The translations under genes and the position numbers were made by a program. From contig NC_043014.1 in the NCBI RefSeq assembly GCF_006345805.1, positions 17,670,001 through 17,734,000 of the forward strand: a stretch of DNA of 64,000 nt, given 5' to 3'. Source of the stretch: Octopus sinensis (Eukaryota). Below are positions 1 through 13,449 of this stretch, one piece after another; within the stretch, counting starts at the first letter, position 1; each line of letters opens with the position of its first letter. The notes beneath the pieces are model-generated. The model saw only the letters and a list, made by a program, of their open reading frames with translations. It did not search any database and was not told the DNA's origin.

Positions 1-15
1 TTACAGACAACTATA

Positions 16-490
16 CAGTAATCCCTCGACTATCGCGGATGTCACATTCCAAACCCCTCCCCCGCGATAGGTGAAAATCCGCGAAGTAGAAACAATACTG
101 TACTGCATATTATTTTAAAATTATTTTTATAATTTGTATTTATTTTATTATAAATGCAAGACAACACAACACATTCGCCTCTCGAGTTTCGTTTTCTGTA
201 TAGTATGTATGTGCGATTCTTTGTTTACTCATCTACGGTACGCTGCGTATTTTCTTTTAAAATATTTTAATTAATGTGTTATACAGTGCAGTACTGTACT
301 GTATTTTTTTTTAGCAATTTTTAGGAGTGAAATTACGTATAATAGCCACAGAAGTAATTAAAATCTAAAAAAATATAAACACCCATCGGCTGCAGAAACC
401 CGCAATAAACTGAGAGGTTTGCGATATAAATTTACATATAATAGCTAGAAAAATTTGCGATGTGCTGAGAGCGCGATAAGTGAACCGTGA
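16..490 (+). mobile_element. pogo/Tigger-like non-autonomous element, right end missing
   Basis: TA followed by CAGTAATCCCTCGACTATCGCGG, a Tigger-type TIR. No matching right TIR seen. Part of the body recurs at ~3720-3830. Confidence 0.5.
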
Positions 491-733
491 GTCACTTTAA
501 AAAAAACTTCGATTCAAAAACACCGTTTACAAACTCTATGCTTGGAATGACCAATTTTAGATACTATTGGAACTTACAAGGTACAGGAATCTTATACGTA
601 TACCATTCTGCCTAAATAATGGAACTGAAGATACGATATTCCTGCAAATCTCACGTCTATTTTCATTCCCCCACTTCACTCTCTATTTCATATCTTATCT
701 AGAATAACTATTGCTTAGCTATTTTCTCACACC

Positions 734-781
734 GTCTCCGATGAAGGGATATATAAAATATTCCGGAAACAGCTGTAAGGC
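734..781 (+). ncRNA. minimal type I hammerhead ribozyme-like motif (PLE-type)
   Basis: GTCT-CCGATGA-A-GGGATAT(ATAAA)ATATTCC-G-GAAA-C-AGCT-GTA-AGGC. Stem I GTCT/AGGC, 7-bp stem II, palindromic stem III ACAGCTGT, GUA site. Core has C at U4. Confidence 0.5.
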
Positions 782-837
782 CTTCTATTTATAAATGCTC
801 TGAAATCTTTACAGCCTTGGACTTCTATCACATTCTG

Positions 838-885
<48 letters not shown>

Positions 886-1253
886 GTCTATTGTCAGCAA
901 CAGTGAGACAACGTCCCACACCCTTACTAGCTCTAATACCGTTCTCTTACAACATCATTCTAGCTCTCTCTCTGCAATTACTACTAAACAATGCAGAGAA
1001 CACAAACACAAACTTTACTTCGTATGCTTTTGGATTTATCATAACCTGCCCGTTGAGGCAAGGTATTGTAACGTAACGGTAAATAAATATTTCCTTAAAA
1101 CTTCATGCATTGTTTATCTTTCACATCCTACAACTTGCCGTTATAACAAATTTTTATCGTTATATCTGCTTACTCCGACATTTCATATTATTGTGTACCT
1201 AATCAATCTTACCCGTTATAGCTGGTAACTACACTAATTAAAACCTAACCATT

Positions 1254-1305
<52 letters not shown>

Positions 1306-1308
<3 letters not shown>

Positions 1309-1559
1309 ATGGTTGTATACTGTCAATCTAACAAGAACGTGACAGTAGGGGGTACACCACCGCTGTATAGCCCTAGGAAGCATCGAACGCCTCCTGATGG
1401 CTTTGACACATTCCCCCCCCCCCAAGTATATGTATATAAGGACACTGGGAAAAATGTGTCAAAGCCATCAGGAGGCGTTCGATGCTTCCTAGGGCTATAC
1501 AGCGGTGGTGTACCCCCTACAGTCACGTTCTTGTTAGATTGACAGTATACAACCATTCT
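1306..1559. mobile_element. foldback/MITE-like palindrome
   Basis: ~107-bp arms (1306-1412 and 1453-1559), one mismatch seen, ~40-bp spacer. Both strands give the same ORF translation. Confidence 0.7.
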
Positions 1560-1613
1560 ATCGCCACACCACCGTACAAGTCTCTACGAGAGATTTAGAA
1601 ATTCAATATTTCT

Positions 1614-1648
<35 letters not shown>

Positions 1649-1769
1649 TATTACAGATACAGGGTAAAGAATTATTAATTTAATAATTAATAAATTTTAC
1701 CAAGTAGTTTCGGTATGGAAAGAGAACCATTATCGGTAGAAGCTTTTGCAAAAAGTTTTTTTATATATA

Positions 1770-2310
1770 TCTCTTATTATAAAAGGCAGATTTTATCTGC
1801 CTCCCTTTGTAACTTATAGAAATCTACAATATAGGATTTCTTCAATTACAATTTACCTAGCATTTTTAAGAGTAGAATGCATCGGGTCATGCCAGGTCCA
1901 GTTTTTAAAATTTAAACTCCAATTAAGCAAAATTTACAGAAAACTCACATTCTGGTGTGTATGTCAAATGCTTTTCTTAATGTGGTTTACACCACACGCA
2001 CACACACAGTGTGCAACGAATAAAATGAAAGTAAATAGCGACAGAGTGATTTGAGGAAGACTAAACTGAAAGTATTTAAACCACTACTCAAAAAATAAAA
2101 AAACACAGCAAACAGAAACAAATAAATACATAACGATTTACTCCTCACACAATTTCTTCAATTAGAGTTTACCTAAGATTTTTCAAAGTACTCCATTCGG
2201 TCATGCCATAATATATTTCTTTCAATTTCACCCCCAATTAAGACAAAATTCGAGAAAACTCAATATTTTAACATTTCACTCCGAAAGCATTGATGTACAT
2301 GTGTGCGTGC

Positions 2311-2353
<43 letters not shown>

Positions 2354-3436
2354 ATGGGTTGTGCGACACAGAAAGTGTGGTGTGTAAGTGAAGTGCTTTT
2401 GTTAGTGTGTATAAAGAGACAGACAGAGTGAAAGACAGAAATAACAACTTTTTTTATTCACTTTTTGTAGTGAGTGACTGAGAGAGAAAAGAGAGAGAGA
2501 GAGGTTATGTATGTATATATGTATGTATGGCTTCAGTGACACACACACACAAAAACACATACCTACGTACACCTAAAGCACGCACACACACACACACAAG
2601 CGGAGCGCGAACTTCAAAATTTTGGTAGTATTAATTTGCGAGCGTACTTCTAAGCGCGCGTAATTGAAAGTTTTCACTATGATATCATCACGTGCGAAAA
2701 AATTCGAAGGGTTTTGAACAATTGAGATACAGATGTCACGCCTGTATTGAAACCATTGCTAAGCTGCCGTAATTGCTTAATTAAGACTTTGTTTAAATTG
2801 AAAGGGGCAAATATGTGACGAGTTGAAAAAAAATACCCCAGAAAAAAAATGTACTGCTGGTATTTATATAATTCACTACTATTTTGCTACAATGTCATGA
2901 AAAAGAAAAAATTTAGGTATGTAAATCGAATTCGCCACCCCCTTTTCCCCGTTCGCGTTTGTGTAAAAAAAATTATTATTTAAGTTTTAAAAATTATTTA
3001 CTTTGTTCAAAAAATATTAATATTAATTAATTTTCAAGAATTATTTAATTTTATTCTGTAAAATAGTAATTAATTCATTTATCTGTAAATCCGAGGTTGT
3101 TACTCAGGCACCTAGAATGGTAACCTTCAACTAACACTATCTCCTCCGAGACCCTGCGGCGCAAGTTGACCAAAATTGAGAGTATGGTAGAAGAAGGGTT
3201 GCTCTTCCTTCCGTAGAACATAAAATTCAAATCGGACCATGTTAACACCAAAAATTATTTACATCAAAAAGATGCTTTTTTCTATGAAAATCCCTATTTT
3301 TTACGATTCTTTCACTGCTGTGTCGCCACTTTTCGGTGTATTTCGACCAGAAAAATGTTCACAAAATTTTTACTTTTCAAAATTACAATTCCTGCGGGTC
3401 GAAACAAACCCGAGCAACGCCGGGCGATACTGCTAG
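1770..3436 (+). mobile_element. non-autonomous Helitron-like element
   Basis: 3' hairpin CCCG-AGCAACGC-CGGG followed by CTAG|T at 3433-3437. Putative 5' TC..TATAAAA near 1770. Internal microsatellites and an internal duplication (1850-1935 vs 2165-2270). Confidence 0.5.
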
Positions 3437-3530
3437 TAATTAAATATAATTAAAGGTTAAGCAACAAGTTGCTTCACCACATACCGATAATTTAGAAATA
3501 GCACCCAAAAGACAGCTCATTCCTTTTTAC

Positions 3531-3719
3531 TACAGATATGACTCCATAGATAACAATATTTGAACTCACATAGGCAAAAAGAAGAAAAAATAACAAAGTC
3601 AAACAATCTTCGACTAAAAACGCGTCCATAATTAATCGAAGACTGTTTGATTTCGTTATTTTTTCTTCTTTTTGCCTATGTGAGTTACAAATATTGTTAC
3701 CTGTGAAGTCATATCTGTA
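3531..3719. repeat. foldback palindrome (~83-bp arms)
   Basis: 3531-3613 is the imperfect reverse complement of 3636-3719. The spacer contains AAACGCGTC. Confidence 0.7.
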
Positions 3720-3840
3720 TCTAAAAAAATATAAATATCTATCGGCCGCAGAAACCCCCGATATACTGAGGGCTTCGCGATATAAATTTACGTATAATAG
3801 CCAGAAAAATTTGCGATGTACTGAGAATAAGTTAGATAAT

Positions 3841-4121
3841 ACTGGTTTATGGGATTACTCTGGGTTTCACGTCCATAAAGCGCTTAACTTTGCGGTGTAT
3901 CACCAGATCCCAAACCTGTTGGTTTATGAACCCTCAAGCATTTCAGGAAATTCCTGCTGGCCTATTGGAACCCACATGATTACAGAGTCACTTATGATCG
4001 ATAGTCAAAAGGAGACAACCCCCTGTTGTTAACATTGAGTAGTGAGGTCCTTTCCTCCTGCATACGCCGTAAAGCTAAGCGCTTTATGGACGTGAAACAC
4101 AGGGTAATCTCATAAACCGGT
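3841..4121. mobile_element. PLE-derived foldback with hammerhead-like arms
   Basis: ~60-bp inverted arms homologous to the hammerhead at 12818-12878. Left arm core is CTGGTGA (minus strand); right arm core is eroded. Confidence 0.55.
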
Positions 4122-4231
4122 CTTATCTATCTTTATCTATATAATATAGTGCTCTATAACTTAAAGTGTGTTCCTTTTTCGGACTTCTGTTTTACTGGCG
4201 ATGTGTGTGTGTGTGTGCGTGTGAGTGTGTA

Positions 4232-5131
4232 TGAGGTGGTATCAAAAAGTTCCCAGACTAGTTCTGTAGCGCGCCAACTGATGGCAGCACACGATTGCGT
4301 GCGCAGTGAGAGCTAGCAGTGACCTTCATGAAGCAGTGAGTCGAGTAACATGACTGTCTTCTCTTCACAAGTTGTGAAATTTCTGTTTTAGTGATCACGT
4401 GTATGCAGTAGTCTGCGATTTTATCACAGACAGGAACAAAGAGCCAACACGTGAAATTTTGCGTTAAATTTGTGAAGTCTGCTGCAGAGACAATCAGCAT
4501 GCTTCGACAAACTTACGGTGACGAGGCAATGGGCCGTACGCAATGTTTCGAGTGACACTGGCGCTTCAAAAGCGCAAGAATGTCCCTGAAAGACGATGAG
4601 CCTTCTGGAAGACCTGTCACGTGCGTTACCACCGAGAATGTGATATGCATCGAGAATTCGTCGCCCATGGCAAGACTTAGTGGAAAGTTCTACTGAGACG
4701 TTTAGAAGCGTTTGAGAGAGAACATTCGACAAATGGGACCGGATCTGTGGAGCGCAAAGAATTGGATTGTTCACGACGACAATGCACTCTGTCACCGAGC
4801 TCTCCTCACTTGTGAGTTTCTCGCCCAAAATAACAAGGTATCGCCTCCTCACCCGCTCTATTCACCAGATCTATAAATTTCTATCTCTTCCCCAAGATGA
4901 AAATGCAACTCAAAGGTCGCCGTTTTAACTCCGTTGTCGAGATCCAGAGCGAATCACAGAAGGTCTTCGACTCACTTACGGGAAGCGACTTCCCGGCCGG
5001 ATTCCAATGGAAGCAGGAACGCTGGAACCGGTGTAGTGCTGCGCAAGGTAGCTACTTCAAAGGGAAACTAAGGTAAATAAGTTATTTTTCTTTTAACATA
5101 ACTACACCTGGAACATTTTGATACCACCTTG
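4232..5131 (+). mobile_element. internally deleted mariner transposon
   Basis: TIRs GAGGTGGTATCAAAAAGTTCC / GGAACATTTTGATACCACCTTG with TA flanks. Plus-strand transposase pieces (VKFCVK..ETISMLRQTYGDEAM..SGRP; WIVHDDNA..H; PHPLYSPDL). Confidence 0.85.
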
Positions 5132-5133
5132 TA

Positions 5134-5149
5134 TGTATGTATATATATA

Positions 5150-5222
<73 letters not shown>

Positions 5223-5263
5223 CAAGGTGGTATCAAAATGTTCTAGATATAGTTATGTTAAAA

Positions 5264-5308
<45 letters not shown>

Positions 5309-5396
5309 GTACAAGGTGGTATCAAAATGTTCTAGGTGTAGTTATGTTAAAACGATATATTATATATATATTATCTATATATATATATATATAATC

Positions 5397-5430
<34 letters not shown>

Positions 5431-5507
5431 TTATATATATAATATATGTATATATATAAATATCTACACATCGATATTATATATATACTATATATATATA
5501 TATATAT

Positions 5508-5552
<45 letters not shown>

Positions 5553-5850
5553 TATATCTATATATATATATATATTATATATGTTATAATATGATATAAT
5601 ATACAAGAGATATATATATTATACATATATACTATATATATATATCTATATAGTATACATATATATTATATATATATATATACCATATTATATACATATA
5701 TATATATACTATATAATAGATATATAATATATATATATTATATATACATATATATATATAAATAGTATACATATATATATATATATATATATCTATACAT
5801 ATATATATATATATATATTACAATATATAATATAATATTATATATATATA

Positions 5851-5918
<68 letters not shown>

Positions 5919-6029
5919 GTATATATATATATATTATATATATATATATATGTATATATATATAATACACATATATATATATATATATATAACATATAAT
6001 ATATATTATACATTATATATATATATATC

Positions 6030-6064
<35 letters not shown>

Positions 6065-6232
6065 ATATATATATATATATATATATTATATCTATATATA
6101 TATATATATATATATGTAATATATATATATAATATACCTATATATATACATATATACATATCATATATATATATATATATCTATCTTATATATATAATAT
6201 CTCATATATAATAATATAATATATATATACAA

Positions 6233-6263
<31 letters not shown>

Positions 6264-6281
6264 TATATATATATACATATC

Positions 6282-6317
<36 letters not shown>

Positions 6318-6763
6318 ATATATATATACAACATATATATATATATCTATAATATATATATATATCTATATATATCTATATATATATCTATATATATACA
6401 TCTATATATATATATATACATATATATATATTATATATACATATATATATATATTATCCACATATATATACTATATATATATATACCTATATATATATAT
6501 ATATTATATATATACATGTCTATCTATATATATATATATATATCTACATATATATGATCTCTATATATCTATACATATATTATATCTCTACTATATATAT
6601 CTATATATCATATATCTATATATCATAACATATATATATATATATATATATACATATCTATATACATATATATATCAATAATATATACATATATATATAC
6701 ATATATATAACATATATATATATCTATACATATATATATATACATATATATCTATATATATAC

Positions 6764-6830
<67 letters not shown>

Positions 6831-6899
6831 GAATATATCTATATATATAGACATATATATATTATAATATATATATACATAATATATATATATATCTAC

Positions 6900-6942
<43 letters not shown>

Positions 6943-7025
6943 ATATATATATATATACATATATATATTATATATATCTATATATATATATATATACATA
7001 TTATATATATATATATATATTATAC

Positions 7026-7056
<31 letters not shown>

Positions 7057-7169
7057 ATATATATACTATCTATATATATATATATATATATATCTATATA
7101 TATATATATATATTATATATACATATATATATATATATATAACATATATAATATATACATATATATATC

Positions 7170-7203
<34 letters not shown>

Positions 7204-7454
7204 CAATATATATATATAATATATATATATCTATATCTATACATATATATATATATATATATCTATATCTATCTCCTATATATATCTATATATATATCTT
7301 ATATATCATACATATACATATATATATATATATACATATATAATATATATCTATACATATATATATATATATATATATAGAGATATATATATACCTATAT
7401 ATATAATCTATATATCTATACCTATATATCTATTATATATATATATCATATATA

Positions 7455-7488
<34 letters not shown>

Positions 7489-7780
7489 TCTATATATATA
7501 TACTCTATATATATATAGCCTATCTATATATACTATACATATATATACATATATCTTATATCTACATCTATAATATATATATATATATACCTATCTATCT
7601 ATATCTATCTATATCCTCTATATACCATATATATCTCTACTATATATATATATATACATATTATATATCTATTCTATCTATATATATATATATCTATCTA
7701 TATTCACCTATATATCTATATATATATCTATCTCTATCTCCTTATATCTATATATATATATATATATATATAATATAATG
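5134..7780. repeat. very long degenerate (TA)n tract containing two solo mariner TIR copies
   Basis: ~2.6 kb of interrupted TA. TACAAGGTGGTATCAAAATGTTCTAG..GTTAAAACG occurs at ~5221 and ~5310. Confidence 0.9.
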
Positions 7781-8253
7781 TCCCTCCCCCACCCATGTAT
7801 GTATTTATGCATGTATGTGCGATAGAAAATGAATAAGTTAATAGAATCACAATGCTAATTGTAAACTAATAGTATTCTTTTTCATTAACGCGTAACTTAT
7901 ATTCCTATTCGTTTATTGTTTTTCTTTTGCACAAAAAATGGTATTACAATTTATCTATACTATTTTGATGGTTGGACCAGCTGTTTTCTCAACAATTGTC
8001 CTCTGTGCTAACATTTATTTAAATAGTATATTACCTTTGTTACTACAGCTGTCACTCTTGCTGAACCAATCGATATTACAGTGTATCTATATGATATGAT
8101 ATGTATATATATAAATATGGATGCATTCATATATGCATAACAAAAGAATCAACAAACTGTTGTTTTGAATAAATGGATATACGAAATTTACTTACTAAAC
8201 ATTTATTTTAGTTTCACTGGAAACATATACTGTGAATAGACCAGAGAATATTC

Positions 8254-8294
<41 letters not shown>

Positions 8295-8295
<1 letters not shown>

Positions 8296-9528
8296 TGGGT
8301 CAGCCAATAAATAATACGATTTTTTAATACTCCTCGCATTTTTCCTAGATAAAATTATTTTTCAATCTAAAATATACTCTCCTTCATTTTCTACAATGCT
8401 CTTCCATCTATCGTAGACTTGCAAAATCCCTCCTCCAAAATTCACTTGTTCGTGACGAAAAATACTCCTTCAGTTTTGTTCTGACCTCGTCTACAGAATT
8501 CATATTTTTTTTCGCCCAATGATTTTGAAGACTGCAGAATAAATAATAATCAGATGGGGCAATATCCGGCGAATATGATGGATGGGGCATCGTTTCCTAT
8601 TCAAACTACTCCAGACTTTGGAATGTCACCCTCGCTGTATGTGGCCGAGCATTATCCTGATGGCAGTATACCTTTCGTCTTGAAACCAAAGATGGTAATT
8701 TTCCATTTAGGGTTGATTTAAGTCGTGCAAGCTGCTTGCTGTTGATCTCCTTTGCGTTTAAAAGTTCAAAGTGGACTAAACCTTTCATATCCCACCAAAG
8801 AGATAACAACACCTTACGTGGGTGAAGACCTACTTCAGCTTGGGGTACCGGTGTTTCTCCTTTTTCTACCCACTGTCTTCGGCACTTGACAATTTTATAG
8901 AGAACCCATTTCTCGTCGCCAGTCACTATTCAGTCTAAAAAAGGTTCATTCGTGAGATGTGGCAGCATAGAAGAGCATACATTCACTCTCTGCGCGCGAT
9001 TAGCCTAGGAAAGTTTGTGAGGAACCCATTGACCCAATTTGCTGACTTTTCCGATGATGCGCAGGTGTCAATGAATGGTTAAATGACCAAATCCAAGCAT
9101 CAGTTACGATGATATTTTGTTCCTCCAGGGTTGCAGGACGTCCTTGTCGAACACTGCAAATCTTCCAGGACGCGGCTCACTTTCTAGGCTGTAGTTTCCG
9201 GCTCAGAATTTCTGAAACCACTGTTGACACTAGCCTACGCTTACTGTCCGACGTCCATATACTGCATTAATAGTCATCGCACTTTCCGTTGCGTTGTCGC
9301 CTTTGTTGAACTCATAAAGTATGCCGAATATGACCCTTTGTCACTTCCATTATAGCTTTGAAAATATGTTAAAATCGAACTGCATTCTTCAAAACTTGCA
9401 TAAAGAATAAATACAAGGTAAAATACTAGCTGCTTTTATAGCAAGTTGATGCAGGCAGTTTATCCCGTGCCCATCCGACTTTTAGTTCATGTAATTGAAA
9501 AAAGCGCACTATTTATGGGATGACCCAA
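8295..9528 (-). mobile_element. mariner transposon, pseudogenised transposase (copy 1)
   Basis: TIRs TTGGGTCAGCCAATAAATA / TATTTATGGGATGACCCAA with TA flanks. Motifs TGDEKW, HQDNARPH, HPSYSPDIAPSDY. Stops and frameshifts. Confidence 0.92.
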
Positions 9529-9570
9529 TATAAAATAATATATTATATATATATATATATATATAATATA

Positions 9571-10808
9571 TTGGGTCAGCCAATAAATAATACGATTTTT
9601 TAATACTCCTCGCATTTTTCCTAGATAAAATTATTTTTCAATCTAAAATATACTCTCCTTCATTTTCTACAATGCTCTTCCATCTATCTGGTAGACTTGC
9701 AAAATCCCTCCTCCAAAATTCACTTGTTCGTGACGAAAAATACTCCTTCAGTTTTGTTCTGACCTCGTCTACAGAATTCATATTTTTTTCGTCCAAATGA
9801 TTTTGAAGACTGCAGAATAAATAATAATCAGATGGGGCAATATCCGGCGAATATGATGGATGGGGCATCGTTTCCTATTCAAACTACTCCAGACTTTGGA
9901 ATGTCACCCTCGCTGTATGTGGCCGAGCATTATCCTGATGGCAGTATACCTTTCGTCTTGAAACCAAAGATGGTAATTTTCCATTTAGGGTTGATTTAAG
10001 TCGTGCAAGCTGCTTGCTGTTGATCTCCTTTGCGTTTAAAAGTTCAAAGTGGACTAAACCTTTCATATCCCACCAAAGAGATAACAACACCTTACGTGGG
10101 TGAAGACCTACTTCAGCTTGGGGTACCGGTGTTTCTCCTTTTTCTACCCACTGTCTTCGGCACTTGACAATTTTATAGAGAACCCATTTCTCGTCGCCAG
10201 TCACTATTCAGTCTAAAAAAGGTTCATTCGTGAGATGTGGCAGCATAGAAGAGCATACATTCACTCTCTGCGCGCGATTAGCCTAGGAAAGTTTGTGAGG
10301 AACCCATTGACCCAATTTGCTGACTTTTCCGATGATGCGCAGGTGTCAATGAATGGTTAAATGACCAAATCCAAGCATCAGTTACGATGATATTTTGTTC
10401 CTCCAGGGTTTGCAGGACGTCCTTGTCGAACACTGCAAATCTTCCAGGACGCGGCTCACTTTCTAGGCTGTAGTTTCCGGCTCAGAATTTCTGAAACCAC
10501 TGTTGACACTAGCCTACGCTTACTGTCCGACGTCCATATACTGCATTAATAGTCATCGCACTTTCCGTTGCGTTGTCGCCTTTGTTGAACTCATAAAGTA
10601 TGCCGAATATGACCCTTTGTCACTTCCATTATAGCTTTGAAAATATGTTAAAATCGAACTGCATTCTTCAAAACTTGCATAAAGAATAAATACAAGGTAA
10701 AATTACTAGCTGCTTTTATAGCAAGTTGATGCAGGCAGTTTATCCCGTGCCCATCCGACTTTTAGTTCATGTAATTGAAAAAAGCGCACTATTTATGGGA
10801 TGACCCAA
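9571..10808 (-). mobile_element. mariner transposon, pseudogenised transposase (copy 2, tandem duplicate)
   Basis: Near-identical to copy 1, including the FLD*IVTGDEKW stop, the frameshift and the right flank. Confidence 0.92.
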
Positions 10809-11112
10809 TATAAAATAATATATTATATATATATATATATATATAATATATATATATATATATTATATATATATATAACTGCTTGTTTCTTTCAAAAGAA
10901 TCTTAAAGTTTTCCTTCACTCTTGTACGACTTAAGACCACACAAAGCTGGCCGTGACTAAATACGGGATAGAACATGTATGGTAAATCAGATTAATACAC
11001 TTCGCATACTTCCCTTGTACACACACACACATACACACATATACTCACACAGAGTTGAAAAGCTGTTTGATTTTTCTTTTCAGAGTTGAATGTTTACTAT
11101 CCCACTTCCATT

Positions 11113-11170
<58 letters not shown>

Positions 11171-11399
11171 CCTTTTTACATACACACACATATACTCACA
11201 CAGAATTGAAACGCTGTTTGACTTTTTCACCGTAGAATTTCCATCATCCCACTACCAAGTTTGCCATCATCCCTTCTTTTCTCATTCATATGTTGTCATG
11301 GAGAAAAACACAAGAGTATTATTATAGTGTCCGCGTGTGTGTGTATACACACACACACACATACACACACACACACAAAGTAAAATCTCTATTTGCAAA

Positions 11400-12230
11400 C
11401 GTAAAGTAGAAGTCTTGATTGGGACGATGTTACTACCTTTTTTAACTTCGGGAAAACAATTTCCAGCTTGCTACCGACGCCCAAGTGCATCCTTATACCT
11501 CGAACGAAGCCTTAACAGTACCTGCAGACAATGGTTTCTAGGTTATTTCTCTTCATCGGCACAGGATAACCGTTGGTTACAGACAGTAGCACTATGCCTT
11601 GCTCGAGGTATATACTTTTAATGTGACACACAGTCATTGATCTCATGAAGAGGAAAACAATTAGTTTTAAATCTCTGAGCAAGAAATAAGTATTAGCAGT
11701 ACTACAAAGTAAAATATATTTGATACCGTAAAGTGGCAGTCCTGATTAGGACGATGTTACTACATTCTTTGGCCCCTGGGAAACATCTTTTCCAGCTGGT
11801 TACCGACACAACTGCGTCCTTAGGACTGCCACTTTACGTTGGTAAATAGATTTTACTTTGTAGTACTGTTACTACTTACTTCTCGCTCAGAGAATTAAAA
11901 CTAATGGTTTTCCTCTTTACGAGATCAGTGACTGCGTGTCTCTTTAAAAGTTTGTACCTCGGACAAGGCCTAATGCTGCCATCTCTAGCCACTCTCCACT
12001 CGCTAGCCGCACAGATTTTCTTAAACTCTGGCAATACGTTTCTAGTAATCTATCCTTCTTTATGGGGCTCATCGAAATCCACGATCTTCCGAAATATTTC
12101 TTGAGGACGTTATGAAGAGTTTCATTTGCTTCAAACTTATATTTAATTCGAGTAATGGTAAGTCGCATAGATAGCTCTGTTTGTAACTCCCCCATAAACT
12201 GTCTTGGTACTTTGATTTTCAAACCTCCAG
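11400..12230 (-). mobile_element. degenerate PLE-like relic with direct and inverted terminal repeats
   Basis: Minus ORF 11944-12222 weakly resembles a GIY-YIG C-terminus (FMGELQTELSMRL; RLLETYCQSL). Inverted arms 11586-11743 and 11822-11978; direct repeat 11400-11525 vs 11728-11822. Confidence 0.35.
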
Positions 12231-12336
12231 AAGCACTTTAGGGTAAATTTCTTTTATTCTAAACTTAATCTGGATCCCTTCATTATTTGTTATAGGTTTA
12301 AACAGCTGCTAAAGTGTATACAATTTTTGATTACAA

Positions 12337-12388
<52 letters not shown>

Positions 12389-12799
12389 TACAATCACACA
12401 CACACACATACACACAGACAGACAGACACACACATACGTATAGACACAAACATATGGAATAACAACGCAACATCGATTACAAGAGCCACAAAATTGAGTT
12501 TCTATATTTTGATGTTTTTGATACAATATGTTCCACTCTAATGACTTAAAACAGAGAAGCAACTAGATATAATAACGTTGACACCTATTTGGAATTAGTT
12601 TGGCAACAGCTTTCTAGAACAGCCGATACATACTATACACACGCACACATATTTCTGTCCATCCATCCATCTGTTTCTCTGCCTCCTTTCTGTCTGTCTA
12701 AATGTGTGTGGTGTGTGTGTGTGTGTGTGTATGTGTGTGTGTGTATGTGTGTGTGTGTGTGTATGTGTGTGTGTGTATGTGTGTGTGTGTATGTATTAA

Positions 12800-13449
12800 T
12801 GGGGAAGGCTGGCTTATGAGATTACCCTGAGTTTCGCGTCCATAAAGGGTTTAGCTTTGTGGCGTATCGTCAGACCCCAAGACCTCTTCAAAAAATGGAG
12901 GGGGAAAAGCCTCGTTACAAAGGTTAATAATAGGGGATTATCCCCTATGCCATTAGCTATCGACTTCCGGCTTGCCGTCATCTTGCGGATTCCATAGCGC
13001 TAGCTGGAATTTCCTAAAATGTAAACATGGCCCGAAAATCTCCGTTCTGGAGTTAAGGATGCTCCCTGGTTCGAGCGAGTCTTTTAGGATTCTCGCGTGT
13101 TCATCTATGCATAACTAGCAGTGCTTCGTCCCGTTGGTGTGCGGGCCTGGGTTTTCGAGGATTTTCCATGAGATCGCGTATGGGATCCCATCGTCTCTTA
13201 GTTACCAGGCGTGATTGGCCAGCGACGTTATGTATCTCCTTTCCGGAACTCTGAAGTAGGACCTAACGTTGGAGAGACGCTACTTGAGAGAATTCCCAGT
13301 GCTTCCAATGTATTTCCGTGGGCGCCTGTTGTCGATGCTGCACCTGTTGCTATTGTTTTTGCTGCTGTCGCTGATATTGTTGCTAGTGCAGAAGATGATA
13401 GTGGAGTCAGTAATGCTACCGCCATTGCCGGTTATGAAGTAGGTGCTCA
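12800..13449 (-). mobile_element. Penelope-like (Neptune-type) element, GIY-YIG C-terminal part and 3' end
   Basis: Minus frame RKYIGSTGNSLK*RL..TSLANHAW*L..ISWKILE..HC*LC..ILNSRTEI..CLH. Confidence 0.8.
12818..12878 (-). ncRNA. type I hammerhead ribozyme with intact core (PLE terminal repeat)
   Basis: Minus strand reads GGGGT-CTGACGA-[long stem II]-GAAA-CTCAGG-GTA-ATCTC. It lies directly 3' of a PLE endonuclease segment. Confidence 0.65.

Noticed and set aside
5137-6929. Many YI/IY, HT and CV repeat ORFs here and over other microsatellites
   Set aside because: Translations of (TA)n/(CA)n tracts lacking stops; no coding signal.
13228-13425. Ala/Thr/Ser-rich ORF suggesting a secreted protein
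   Set aside because: Alternative frame of the low-complexity linker in the PLE endonuclease.
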